32,000 bases of DNA from Acholeplasma laidlawii PG-8A (GCF_000018785.1 NC_010163.1:180001-212000); one strand, 5' to 3'; shown: positions 16,775 to 25,697, counted from the stretch's first letter. Made by a program: numbers and translations. The notes: generated by a model from the sequence alone, not told the origin.

Positions 16775-16810
16775 TTGATATGAATATCAACCAATTAATC
16801 GATATTATTA

Positions 16811-16819
16811 TGTTATAAT
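16811..16819 (+). promoter_or_regulatory. Extended -10 element (TGtTATAAT) upstream of rpiB-upp
   Basis: TG at 16811-16812 and TATAAT at 16814-16819, 25 nt before the ATG at 16844. Confidence 0.4.
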
Positions 16820-16843
16820 AAATAAAAATGAGGATGGTGACAT

Positions 16844-17284
16844 ATGAAAATAGGCATTGGCGCAGATCATGCGGGATTTAATAGAAAAACTGAAATCATT
16901 GAGTACTTAACTAAAAAAGGTTATGATGTTGTTGATTTCGGAGCACACTCAGTAGACCGAGTAGATTACCCTGATTATGCAAAAACAGTTTCAGAAGCTG
17001 TTGTAAATAAGGAAGTCGAAGTCGGATTATTAGTATGTGGTACTGGTATTGGTATGAGTATTGCAGCAAATAAAGTCAAAGGTATTAGAGCAGCTCACGT
17101 CTTTGATGAATTAACTGCTAGACTTGCAAGAGAGCATAATCATGCAAATGTGATTGCTTTTGGTGGCAGAAACCAAACAACATCAGAATCAAAAATTATT
17201 GTTGATGCATATTTAAATGCACATGAAGAATCTCGTCATCAACATCGCGTAGACAAGATTGCAGCTATTGAAAATGGTGAGTAA
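16844..17284 (+). CDS. rpiB: Ribose-5-phosphate isomerase B (RpiB/LacA family)
   Basis: 146 aa. MKIGIGADHAGF, LVCGTGIGMSIAANK and EHNHANV. Confidence 0.93.
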   Translation: MKIGIGADHAGFNRKTEIIEYLTKKGYDVVDFGAHSVDRVDYPDYAKTVSEAVVNKEVEVGLLVCGTGIGMSIAANKVKGIRAAHVFDELTARLAREHNHANVIAFGGRNQTTSESKIIVDAYLNAHEESRHQHRVDKIAAIENGE

Positions 17285-17287
17285 ACC

Positions 17288-17914
17288 ATGGGCAAACTTG
17301 TTGTATTAAATCACCCATTAATCGATCATAAAATGGCACTTATAAGAGATAAAAACACCAGTACAAAAACATTTAGAGAAACTGTTGGAGAAATTGGTGC
17401 ATTAATCACTTATGAAATCACAAAAGATCTAGAAACTGTTGAAATTGAAGTGGAAACTCCAATTCAAAAAACAATTTGTAGACAATTAAAAAAACAACTT
17501 GTTATCGTTCCAATTTTAAGAGCAGGACTCGGTATGGTGAATGGTATTCATGATATGGTACCAAGTGCAAAAATAGGCCATATTGGTTTATATAGAGATG
17601 AAAAATCTCTAGAACCAGTATCTTATTATGCAAAATTCCCAACAGACATATTAGATGGTGTAGTGTTAGTTGTTGACCCAATGCTTGCAACGGGTGGATC
17701 AGCTACTGCAGCAATCACTGAACTTAAAAATCGTGGAGCTAAAGATGTTAGATTTGTTGGTCTAGTAGGGTGTCCTGAAGGTGTTAAACGTCTTCAAATG
17801 GATCATCCGGATGTACCAATATATTTAGCAGCATTAGATGAGAAACTTAATGAGGTTGGCTACATTGTACCAGGACTTGGAGATGCAGGAGACCGCCTCT
17901 TCGGTACTAAATAA
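17288..17914 (+). CDS. upp: Uracil phosphoribosyltransferase
   Basis: 208 aa. [12 protein letters not shown] loop [12 protein letters not shown] and [12 protein letters not shown]. Confidence 0.97.
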   Translation: MGKLVVLNHPLIDHKMALIRDKNTSTKTFRETVGEIGALITYEITKDLETVEIEVETPIQKTICRQLKKQLVIVPILRAGLGMVNGIHDMVPSAKIGHIGLYRDEKSLEPVSYYAKFPTDILDGVVLVVDPMLATGGSATAAITELKNRGAKDVRFVGLVGCPEGVKRLQMDHPDVPIYLAALDEKLNEVGYIVPGLGDAGDRLFGTK

Positions 17915-18129
17915 TGAATCCATATGTGACTTATATTGTATTTTGGTCTGTATTTGTAGTAGGTTTCTTCGTAAGTTTTAGAATTCTACAAGCAATAGAA
18001 ATAGAAAAATATTTCAAAAAGTATAGACTCTTTGAAATCAATGCAGCATATTTAATTCTTTCATTATTAACTAGTTACTTTTTAGCTAAAATGTTATTAG
18101 ACATTATTGAATTATTTCCAAGGAACTAA
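17914..18129 (+). CDS. Small two-TM membrane protein (DUF1146/YwzB-like)
   Basis: 71 aa with two hydrophobic helices. It lies immediately downstream of upp (TAATG overlap), as ywzB does in B. subtilis. The family assignment rests on context and composition only. Confidence 0.6.
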   Translation: MNPYVTYIVFWSVFVVGFFVSFRILQAIEIEKYFKKYRLFEINAAYLILSLLTSYFLAKMLLDIIELFPRN

Positions 18130-18702
18130 AATATCTTTAGTTCCTTTTTCTTTTACCAATTTAAACAAATGACGATGTTCTTCAATTAAACTTAAGTCAT
18201 CCGTAAAAGAAAGTTCATATATGACGTCACCTAAAAAATCTTTATGTGTGATAAAGTCTTTAAAAAGGTGATCGATTAAACCGATTTGATCATATTTAAA
18301 TGTGACTTCAAAATTGGTTGTAGTTATCTTTTTTAAAATAGGTGCATCAATTAAAACTTGTGAGATAGATTTAGCATACGCTCTAATTAAACCACCCGCA
18401 CCAAGTTTGATACCGCCAAAATAGCGCACCACAACAGCAAAACAATTTTGTAGATTGTGTTTGTTTAAAACCTCAAGCATGGGTACGCCTGCTGTACCAG
18501 AGGGTTCACCGTCATCATTTGATCCTTGAGAGTTTTCAAAGACATATGCTGTACAATAGTGGGTTGCTTTAGGATAAGTCTTTTTAATGATTTTAAGTAT
18601 TTCAGGCATGTCTAAAATACTATCTATGGGTGTAATAATAGCTATGAATTCTGACTTATCAATAATAATTTTATGTTCAATTTGTTTTTCTAGATAATAC
18701 AT
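18112..18702 (-). CDS. yigZ: YigZ/IMPACT-family protein (UPF0029)
   Basis: 196 aa. SNDDGEPSGTAGVPMLEVL and VVVRYFGGIKLGAGGLIRAY are the IMPACT N-domain signatures. SD AAGGTGA. Confidence 0.88.
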   Translation of the reverse strand: MYYLEKQIEHKIIIDKSEFIAIITPIDSILDMPEILKIIKKTYPKATHYCTAYVFENSQGSNDDGEPSGTAGVPMLEVLNKHNLQNCFAVVVRYFGGIKLGAGGLIRAYAKSISQVLIDAPILKKITTTNFEVTFKYDQIGLIDHLFKDFITHKDFLGDVIYELSFTDDLSLIEEHRHLFKLVKEKGTKDILVPWK

Positions 18703-18790
18703 ATAATCACCTTATATAAAAGTATATCATAAAAACATATAAGTTTTTCACACATTTATTGAGTCCTCCCTTTTTATAATGTGCTATTTT

Positions 18791-18799
18791 TGATATAAT
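18791..18799 (+). promoter_or_regulatory. Extended -10 element (TGaTATAAT) upstream of cca-yhaM
   Basis: TG at 18791-18792 and TATAAT at 18794-18799. Confidence 0.4.
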
Positions 18800-18837
18800 G
18801 TTAAAGGTATATAAAATAATTGGTAGGTTATAAAAAT

Positions 18838-19986
18838 ATGAGTTTAAAATCAGCGAAAAATTTAATCAGAGATTTAAAGAAACATGGCTATCAAGCTTAC
18901 TTAGTTGGAGGCGTGGTCAGAGACTTTCTAATGAAAGCCAAGTTTAGTGATATCGATATAACTACCAGTGCCAAACCATATGAAGTTATGAAACATTTTA
19001 AGGCGGTCCCTACAGGTATTAAATATGGTACGATAACTATCATGTATGATAATGTATCCTTTGAAGTGACAACCTTTAGAACAGATGGTCCTACATCTGA
19101 CTTTAGACATCCGGATTCCGTCATTTACTCAGATAACGTTAATGATGATGTGATGCGTCGTGATTTTACAATGAATGGTATCTTAATGGATGAGTATCAA
19201 AATATCTATGACTACGTAGGTGGTCAAAGAGATATCGAACATAAAATCATCCGTGCGATTGGAGATCCAAACGAACGCTTTAAAGAAGATGCACTACGTA
19301 TGTTACGAGCATTCTATTTCCAATCCAAATTAGGCTTTGAAATAGAACCTGTAACCAAACAAGCAATTCAAGATAATGCACATTTAATTAAAGAGTTAGC
19401 GATGGAACGCATTCATGCTGAACTCATTAAAATACTTAAAGGTAAACATCTAAAAACGGCCTTAAACTCCATGATTGAAACAGGTATACATAAAGTACTA
19501 CCTGGATTAGAAAAAGGGATTATACATACCGCTAATTTAGAAGAAATGCCTTTTATTGATACATTCTTTGCTTTATCATTTACTTTAAACAATGGATTTA
19601 TTCCGGCTAAATGGACATTTTCAAATAGACACCGTCATAAATATCAAAAGGCAAGTGAACTTGCTTTAATGCACCCAACAACAATTCCAGATACTGCACT
19701 GTATCACTATGGATTAGAGATATCTTTACTTGCTAATAAAGTGAACTTTAACTTAGGTAAACAAAGTTATCAAAATCAATCACTTCAAGAAAGATTTAAT
19801 AACTTACCACTAAAAAGTGAGTTGGATCTTGCACTGACAAGTCAAGAGATTATGAATATTGTAAATAAAAAAGCCGGTGCTTGGTTAGGTAAATTAAAAG
19901 CACACATGATTGATCATATTCTAGAAAAGAAACTGTCTAACAATAAAGAAGCATTAACAAGTTTTGTTAGTACATATGAGGTGTAA
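18838..19986 (+). CDS. cca: CCA-adding tRNA nucleotidyltransferase
   Basis: AYLVGGVVRDFLM, DIDITT and RRDFTMNG motifs. The ATG at 18838 gives an N-terminus the same length as Bacillus Cca. An in-frame TTG at 18820 is possible. Confidence 0.92.
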   Translation: MSLKSAKNLIRDLKKHGYQAYLVGGVVRDFLMKAKFSDIDITTSAKPYEVMKHFKAVPTGIKYGTITIMYDNVSFEVTTFRTDGPTSDFRHPDSVIYSDNVNDDVMRRDFTMNGILMDEYQNIYDYVGGQRDIEHKIIRAIGDPNERFKEDALRMLRAFYFQSKLGFEIEPVTKQAIQDNAHLIKELAMERIHAELIKILKGKHLKTALNSMIETGIHKVLPGLEKGIIHTANLEEMPFIDTFFALSFTLNNGFIPAKWTFSNRHRHKYQKASELALMHPTTIPDTALYHYGLEISLLANKVNFNLGKQSYQNQSLQERFNNLPLKSELDLALTSQEIMNIVNKKAGAWLGKLKAHMIDHILEKKLSNNKEALTSFVSTYEV

Positions 19987-19989
19987 CAG

Positions 19990-20895
19990 ATGGACATAAT
20001 TATTGGTAAAGTAGAATCTATTAATAAAGGTGACAACTATTGTAATGCATCTTTATCCTTAGAAGATAAAAAACATTTCAATGTGAAATTAAATATGGAA
20101 GATGATCAATTACTTGCTATAGGTAAAGTATTTGTCTTTGAAGTAGAAGCTTTTTACAAAGAAGAAGTTAAACAATTTAAAGCACTCAAGATAACACCTT
20201 TAGAAGTTTCAGATGTTCCTAAACAAGATAAAAATAGACTGTATTCATTATTCTATGATTATGCACCAATTCCTTTAAAAGATATTCGTCTAGGTATTGA
20301 ATCCTTCTTAAATAGAATAGAAAATAAGATTCTAAAAGATGTAACAACACTTGTATATGAAAAACATGAAGGTCAATATTACTTGCATCCTGCAGCGACT
20401 AAATTTCACCATGCCTATGTAGGTGGCTTAGCTTATCATACATTTACCATGTTAAAATTAGTCGATGCGATGTTAAGTGTATATGACTATTTGGATAAAG
20501 ACTTACTCTATGCAGCTACGATACTACATGACATTTCAAAAATTGATGAAATGACGGGTGTAGATGGCGAGTATACAACAGAAGGCTTACTCATTGGTCA
20601 CTTAGTGATGGCAAGCATTGAAGTTGAAAAAGCTGCAACCATATTAGGTGTAGAAGATAGTGAAGAAGTACTTTTATTAAAACACTTAATCGTTTCACAT
20701 CATGGACAACTAAATTTCGGTTCTCCAAAAAAACCTCAAACTGGGGAAGCATTGCTTCTTTGGTATATTGATTCCATTGACTCTAAGTTTACAGAATTAA
20801 AAACAGCCTTAGAATCTACTAAAGCTGGTGAGTTTACTCAAAGTGTTGCAGTACTAGATAAGATGCGTTTCTATAAATCAAAACTTAAAAAATAA
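19990..20895 (+). CDS. yhaM: 3'-5' exoribonuclease YhaM (OB-fold + HD domain)
   Basis: 301 aa. HD-domain residues HHAYVGGLAYHT, LHDISK and SHHG, plus an N-terminal OB-like segment. Confidence 0.85.
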   Translation: MDIIIGKVESINKGDNYCNASLSLEDKKHFNVKLNMEDDQLLAIGKVFVFEVEAFYKEEVKQFKALKITPLEVSDVPKQDKNRLYSLFYDYAPIPLKDIRLGIESFLNRIENKILKDVTTLVYEKHEGQYYLHPAATKFHHAYVGGLAYHTFTMLKLVDAMLSVYDYLDKDLLYAATILHDISKIDEMTGVDGEYTTEGLLIGHLVMASIEVEKAATILGVEDSEEVLLLKHLIVSHHGQLNFGSPKKPQTGEALLLWYIDSIDSKFTELKTALESTKAGEFTQSVAVLDKMRFYKSKLKK

Positions 20896-20901
20896 CGAAT
20901 T

Positions 20902-20933
20902 ATCCTTAGGTCCTAGACTTAGGGATTTTTTTT
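20902..20933 (+). terminator. Intrinsic terminator after yhaM
   Basis: ATCCTTAGG (20902-20910) pairs with CTTAGGGAT (20918-20926): 9 bp including 2 G-U pairs. An 8-T run follows. Confidence 0.6.
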
Positions 20934-20947
20934 ATGTAGATATATAT

Positions 20948-20980
20948 AGAAAAATGCGACTATTTCTAGTCGCATTTAAA
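20948..20980 (-). terminator. Intrinsic terminator of the large lipoprotein gene
   Basis: 11-bp stem AAATGCGACTA (20952-20962) / TAGTCGCATTT (20967-20977) with a 4-nt loop. On the minus strand TTTTCTATAT follows it, 20 nt after the stop. Confidence 0.8.
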
Positions 20981-20996
20981 CTTGTATATTTATGAA

Positions 20997-23900
20997 TTAA
21001 GCACCTTGTAATACGTTGAAGAAATCACCGTATGAAGCTGCGAATGATGCATTGTATGCACGATCATAGATTGTTGAACCTGTACCATCGATACCATCAA
21101 AGTAAGCATAACTGAAGAATTGGTTGAAGTTAGCATCTCTTAATACTTGTAATCTTGCATTTAAGTCTGCATTAGCTAATACGATATCGCCTTCAAAGAT
21201 GTATTGGAATGCAATTTCTAATTGTGCGAATGTAGAAGTATATTTAGTATTTGAGAAGATTGGTCCGAAGTATTTAGATATTGTAGTTTGTAGTGCTGTT
21301 GGCAAGGTAGTAATACCCTTTTCATCTTTAGCTTCTTCAATATAGATATATAATTGTTCCCAAGTAATTTCATTACCATCGTTGTTGTAACCAACAACTT
21401 TTGTACCTGATACGTAAGGATTATCTAATTTTGAAGTGTAATCTAATTTTTCAGATTCTGCAACTGCTTCTAATAAAGCTGATTGTTGGTGTACGAATGA
21501 TTTAGCAATAACTAAATGCCATCCAAATGCTGTACGAACTGCCGCATTACCATCTGATTCAATCTTAGATGCTGAATCGATGTTTGTTGGAGCATACATT
21601 GGAAGAAGTGCATTAGCACGGTTAACTTTTTCTTCTTGAGTTGGAGCAACACCATTATCAGGTGCGTTTACTTGATCTTTAATGTATTGAGCCATGTTAA
21701 TTGCATATTCGTAGAAGTCTGCATCTAAACCGTTTTGTGAACCTGGGAAGTTTGTCTCATTTGAGATTGTTCCTAAGTCTTGGTAAACAAGTTTGATACC
21801 AGCTTTTCTAAATGGAACCCAAACGTCTTCACGGTTGAATGAGTTGATGTATTCATCAATTTCTTCTTGTGTAGCATCTGTACCTGGGTAGGCAACAGTA
21901 GTTAATGTATAACGTGTTGAGTTATTGTATGATTGAACAACATTTTGTAAACCTTGAGTAATAGATGGTGCTAATTTTGCACGTTTGTTAACTTGAATAA
22001 TTAATTGTTGGATTAATACTTCTAATTCATCACGTGTAGCTTGATCTAATTCATTTGGATTGTCTGGTTGTCCATCACGGTCTAAGTCGATTTGGAATAA
22101 TAAGTGTGATGCATCAATTGCTACATCATTAGCTTGTAATGTGTTTGCAAGTGTTGCTAACTTAGTATAAATATTGTTGTCAACTGTATCGTGATCAAAG
22201 TGAACTGTTAAGTCTTCTTGGAATAATTTTCTTAACTCTTGTTGTACATAGATTTTATCTAATGCATCTTCAGTAGCGCTTCTACCATCTTGTGCCCAAG
22301 CACCAAATCCTAGAAGTAAGAATTTTTCAATACCCATAGTTGCTGGGAAACCAGCTGATTGGTATTGGTTTGCTAAGAACGGGTTTACATATTGAGTTTC
22401 AAATTGTTTTCTGAAGTCTTTCATATCATCAGCTGTAATTTCAGCACCATAAGCATCTCTTAATTTTTCAATGAAGATAATGTCTAATGCAGTTGATAAG
22501 CCTAATGTTTCTTCTACATAAGCGAAGAAGTCATTTACAGTTAATACTGTACCATTTACATCTAATAATGTGTTGTTGTCTTTATAACCTTTTGAACCTT
22601 TATATTCATTTTGATTAGCGTATAATTCACGAATAATTGGATCATAGATATTAATTTTAACATCTTTATATCTTTCAGTTACTTTAGAAGTTACGTAAGT
22701 AGTAGTTAGTCTTTGTTCGATTAATTTAGCATAAGCTTCATTTTTGTAAGCTTGTGCTGGTTCGTTTTCTAAGAACTTAACATTTTCAGCATCAGTTTCA
22801 TCTAAGATATCTTTATCATCATCACGGTTGTCATCTAATAAGAATAATAGATATTGACCACCAGCGATGGATTGTACTTGACGTGAATATGGTTTAGCGT
22901 AAGGTACATCATCCGCATCACGGCCATTACCACCATCATATAATACGTTTGAATCCATGTTGTATACTGTATTTCTTAAATCTGCTGCTGAAGCAAATCT
23001 TGGATCAGTATATTCCATTGTGAATTCAGCGATTAAGTCATTCATTGAAATAGCACTTGATGCTAAGTCAGCTGCATAAGTAGTATCGTGTAATTCATCA
23101 TAGATTTCTAAGAATACTTGTAATACTTGGTTATTACCTTGTGCATCATCTAATAATAAAGCTGCATCAGTAGTAGAGTTGATTACATATTTGCTGTAGT
23201 ATGTAGCAAAATCAGTATTTCTGTAGTCAACAGTCTTTAAATTGTTTGGATCTTGTTTAAGATCGTTAACTAAGATGTCTAAAGCTTTTTGATGATAACC
23301 ATCTGTACTCCATTCAGGGTGAGAAGAACCACCTTGTAAAATGTCGATTAAATCTTGATCAGCGATATTTGGAATTCTATACCATTCACCACGTGAGTTT
23401 GACTTAATAGAGTGTTTACGTAAAGCTGTTTCATACTCTAATACAGATTCGAATTTAACAATAACTACTGAAGTGTCATAACGACCAGCAATATTATTCT
23501 TGTAGTAAGTAACTGCATGAGCTTCGGAAATGTAAGCTGTTGAGTCTTCATCGTTAATATCGCCTGTTTCAGCGCCGACTGTATCCCCTAATAAGCCATT
23601 TGCATAAACTTTCTTTTGAACTGGTAATTTGTATTGATCAAGTAAAGCATCAATTATCCCTTGATAAGCTGGATAAGCTGCTTTGTTGACATAACCAAAT
23701 ACAAATGGAGCATCTTTATCAAAGTCAACTGCTTGACCTCTCGCGATCACATCTGCTATAACATCATCTAAGAAGTTGATTAAATCGTCTTTATCAACAC
23801 CTGGATTTGTAATAATAAATGAGTCCACAAATGATAAGATTCTTTGTGCAAGCATACTATCTGGAAGATCATTTAGTTGCTCTGGTGTGATTGCTGCAGA

Positions 23901-24221
23901 TGAGAAGAGTGCTGTATTGATTTCTTGTTCAAATGCTTTAACCTCGAAAACTGATAGATTTGCCTTGTCAATTACTACATCAGCAAAAACTACCTCATCA
24001 ATATAAGTGTTTAATCTATTAATTGAAGATGTTCTTAATTGATCATATAATTGTTTTTCTGTTACAGTGTTGCCGCCTATTGTTACGTAGGCATTATCTC
24101 CCAATGAACCATATGGAACCTTATTTGTTGGTCCACATGCCACCAAGATGAGCGCAGAAACTGCTACCATTAAAAAAATAGCGATTTTCCTAGCTGAGAA
24201 TATTGTTTTTAATTTATTCAT
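20997..24221 (-). CDS. Very large (1074 aa) surface lipoprotein with PrsA/SurA-like chaperone segments and an expanded parvulin-like PPIase domain
   Basis: Signal peptide with lipobox LVAC (Cys29) and SD TAAGGAGTG. Residues 44-70 (YVTIGGNTVTEKQLYDQLR) and 551-612 (LLDVNGTVLTVNDFFAYVEETLG...ITADDMKDFRKQ) resemble the PrsA N-domain. IDASHLLF (701-709) and FGWHLVIAK (899-907) resemble the first and last strands of a parvulin fold (compare ASHILV and YGYHIIKK in B. subtilis PrsA). Confidence 0.6.
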   Translation of the reverse strand: MNKLKTIFSARKIAIFLMVAVSALILVACGPTNKVPYGSLGDNAYVTIGGNTVTEKQLYDQLRTSSINRLNTYIDEVVFADVVIDKANLSVFEVKAFEQEINTALFSSAAITPEQLNDLPDSMLAQRILSFVDSFIITNPGVDKDDLINFLDDVIADVIARGQAVDFDKDAPFVFGYVNKAAYPAYQGIIDALLDQYKLPVQKKVYANGLLGDTVGAETGDINDEDSTAYISEAHAVTYYKNNIAGRYDTSVVIVKFESVLEYETALRKHSIKSNSRGEWYRIPNIADQDLIDILQGGSSHPEWSTDGYHQKALDILVNDLKQDPNNLKTVDYRNTDFATYYSKYVINSTTDAALLLDDAQGNNQVLQVFLEIYDELHDTTYAADLASSAISMNDLIAEFTMEYTDPRFASAADLRNTVYNMDSNVLYDGGNGRDADDVPYAKPYSRQVQSIAGGQYLLFLLDDNRDDDKDILDETDAENVKFLENEPAQAYKNEAYAKLIEQRLTTTYVTSKVTERYKDVKINIYDPIIRELYANQNEYKGSKGYKDNNTLLDVNGTVLTVNDFFAYVEETLGLSTALDIIFIEKLRDAYGAEITADDMKDFRKQFETQYVNPFLANQYQSAGFPATMGIEKFLLLGFGAWAQDGRSATEDALDKIYVQQELRKLFQEDLTVHFDHDTVDNNIYTKLATLANTLQANDVAIDASHLLFQIDLDRDGQPDNPNELDQATRDELEVLIQQLIIQVNKRAKLAPSITQGLQNVVQSYNNSTRYTLTTVAYPGTDATQEEIDEYINSFNREDVWVPFRKAGIKLVYQDLGTISNETNFPGSQNGLDADFYEYAINMAQYIKDQVNAPDNGVAPTQEEKVNRANALLPMYAPTNIDSASKIESDGNAAVRTAFGWHLVIAKSFVHQQSALLEAVAESEKLDYTSKLDNPYVSGTKVVGYNNDGNEITWEQLYIYIEEAKDEKGITTLPTALQTTISKYFGPIFSNTKYTSTFAQLEIAFQYIFEGDIVLANADLNARLQVLRDANFNQFFSYAYFDGIDGTGSTIYDRAYNASFAASYGDFFNVLQGA

Positions 24222-24268
24222 AAATGCGATTCACTCCTTAATTGTGTTGAAAAAATTACAGCACATAT

Positions 24269-24297
24269 AATATAGCATTTTTTAGCGCTTATTGCAA
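24269..24297 (-). promoter_or_regulatory. Candidate promoter of the large lipoprotein gene (TTGCAA-17 nt-TATATT on the minus strand)
   Basis: The minus strand reads TTGCAA (24297-24292), the 17-nt spacer TAAGCGCTAAAAAATGC, then TATATT (24274-24269), about 45 nt upstream of the ATG. Confidence 0.5.
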
Positions 24298-24342
24298 CCA
24301 CTTTTTACCTGTTTTAACATTTATATCATGCTAAAAAATGCT
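24274..24342. repeat. 13-bp perfect inverted repeat AGCATTTTTTAGC / GCTAAAAAATGCT separated by 43 bp in a divergent promoter region
   Basis: The arms at 24274-24286 and 24330-24342 are exact reverse complements. The left arm fills the spacer of the minus-strand promoter. The right arm sits at about the -35 position of the yycJ promoter. Confidence 0.7.
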
Positions 24343-24350
24343 TAAAACTA

Positions 24351-24359
24351 TGCTACAAT
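24351..24359 (+). promoter_or_regulatory. Extended -10 element (TGcTACAAT) upstream of yycJ-rlmH
   Basis: TG at 24351-24352 and TACAAT at 24354-24359, 19 nt before the ATG at 24378. Confidence 0.4.
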
Positions 24360-24377
24360 AGTGATAGGTGAAAAATT

Positions 24378-25148
24378 ATGGAAGTATTTGTATTAGCCTC
24401 AGGCTCTAAAGGAAATATAACATACGTTAAAAACGAGGTCGTATCATTCTTTATTGATGTAGGTATTAGTTATAAAAAGATTGTTCAAAAAATGAAAGCA
24501 TATGGTGAAGATGTAAGCGCTGTAAACACGCTATTTTTGACACATGAACACTCAGATCACATATTTGGGTTACTTGGGATGCTTAAGGCTGGACATTTAA
24601 AAGAGGTATATTTAACTCAAGGAACACTAGATTCTTTAAGTAGTGAAGTGAGACAATTACTACCTAAAACAGTGATTATAAAAGCCGATGAATCCTTTGA
24701 ATTTAGGCAGTTTAAAGTACTGCCAATTTTACTGTCTCATGATGCAAAAGAACCGGTTGGGTTTAGGTTTGATTGGAGAGAAAAAAGCTTCGTTTGTTTA
24801 ACTGATACTGGGTATGTAGATGAGTCATATCATGAGGTCTTAAAAGATGCAGACCTTTATCTTTTAGAGTCTAATTTTGACCCTAAAAAACTACTTGGTT
24901 CAAGAAGACCTTTCGCATTAAAACAACGTATTTTAGGTATTCAAGGACACCTTTCTAATGAAGAGGCTGCTGTCTTAATGAATAAACTCATTCAAAATAA
25001 GAGGTCTAAATGGATTGTTGCACATATTAGTGAAGAATGTAATGATGCCTTTGACATTGAAAAAGCAATTGTAGATCATGTAGAAGACTTACTTAAGATT
25101 GATGTGATCTTTGCATCACAAGAATCCTTACCGGGTATTAAACTATGA
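24378..25148 (+). CDS. yycJ: MBL-fold metallo-hydrolase, YycJ/WalJ-like
   Basis: 256 aa. HxHxDH motif (LTHEHSDHIFG), downstream H and D ligands, and a GHLSNEEA motif typical of YycJ. Confidence 0.85.
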   Translation: MEVFVLASGSKGNITYVKNEVVSFFIDVGISYKKIVQKMKAYGEDVSAVNTLFLTHEHSDHIFGLLGMLKAGHLKEVYLTQGTLDSLSSEVRQLLPKTVIIKADESFEFRQFKVLPILLSHDAKEPVGFRFDWREKSFVCLTDTGYVDESYHEVLKDADLYLLESNFDPKKLLGSRRPFALKQRILGIQGHLSNEEAAVLMNKLIQNKRSKWIVAHISEECNDAFDIEKAIVDHVEDLLKIDVIFASQESLPGIKL

Positions 25149-25588
25149 AAGTAAAGATTATTAGTGTTGGTAAAGTTAAAGATAAGGGATTAAATGAATT
25201 AATCAATTACTACGCAAAACAAATAAAAACCATTGAAATGGTTGAAATAACAGATGAAGCAAGTATCACAGGTATGGAAAAAGAAGGACAAAAAATATTG
25301 TCTAAAATCGCAAAAGATAGTTATGTCATATCACTAGCTATTGAAGGTAAGATGTTAGATAGTGTTGAGTTTGCAGACACCTTAGATCATGTCACAACAA
25401 ACTTTGGTCCGTCAATTACCTTCATCATTGGTGGCTCATTTGGTTTAAGTCATGCTGTTAAAGAAAAGTCAAATCTGCTTTTATCTTTTTCAAAGATGAC
25501 TTTCCCACACCAGTTAATGAAACTATTTTTAGTAGAACAAATTTTTAGAGCACAAGCTATTTTAAACAATCACCCTTATCATAAATAA
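25145..25588 (+). CDS. rlmH: 23S rRNA (pseudouridine1915-N3)-methyltransferase RlmH (SPOUT)
   Basis: 147 aa. MKVKIISVGK... and IGGSFGLS...FPHQLMKLFLVEQIFRA are characteristic. It is coupled to yycJ by an ATGA overlap. Confidence 0.93.
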   Translation: MKVKIISVGKVKDKGLNELINYYAKQIKTIEMVEITDEASITGMEKEGQKILSKIAKDSYVISLAIEGKMLDSVEFADTLDHVTTNFGPSITFIIGGSFGLSHAVKEKSNLLLSFSKMTFPHQLMKLFLVEQIFRAQAILNNHPYHK

Positions 25589-25604
25589 AGGTGATTGTTT
25601 TTAT
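25566..25604 (+). terminator. Intrinsic terminator overlapping the rlmH stop codon
   Basis: ACAATCACC (25566-25574) pairs with GGTGATTGT (25590-25598), 9 bp. The 15-nt loop contains the stop TAA. TTTTATT follows. Confidence 0.6.
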
Positions 25605-25644
25605 TAAGATAGATTCTAATGATTAATCAAGACTTTTAGTGTAA

Positions 25645-25672
25645 TTGCTGGTAAAATTAATGTAGATATAAA
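25645..25672 (+). promoter_or_regulatory. Candidate mscL promoter (TTGCTG-16 nt-TATAAA)
   Basis: TTGCTG at 25645-25650 and TATAAA at 25667-25672. Confidence 0.35.
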
Positions 25673-25697
25673 ATATAAACTATATAGGAAAGGATAT

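Noticed and set aside
16775-16790. Hairpin TTGATA-TGAA-TATCAA just after typA as a terminator.
   Set aside because: It is only 6 AU-rich bp and is followed by CCAATT rather than a U-tract, so it is not convincing as an intrinsic terminator.
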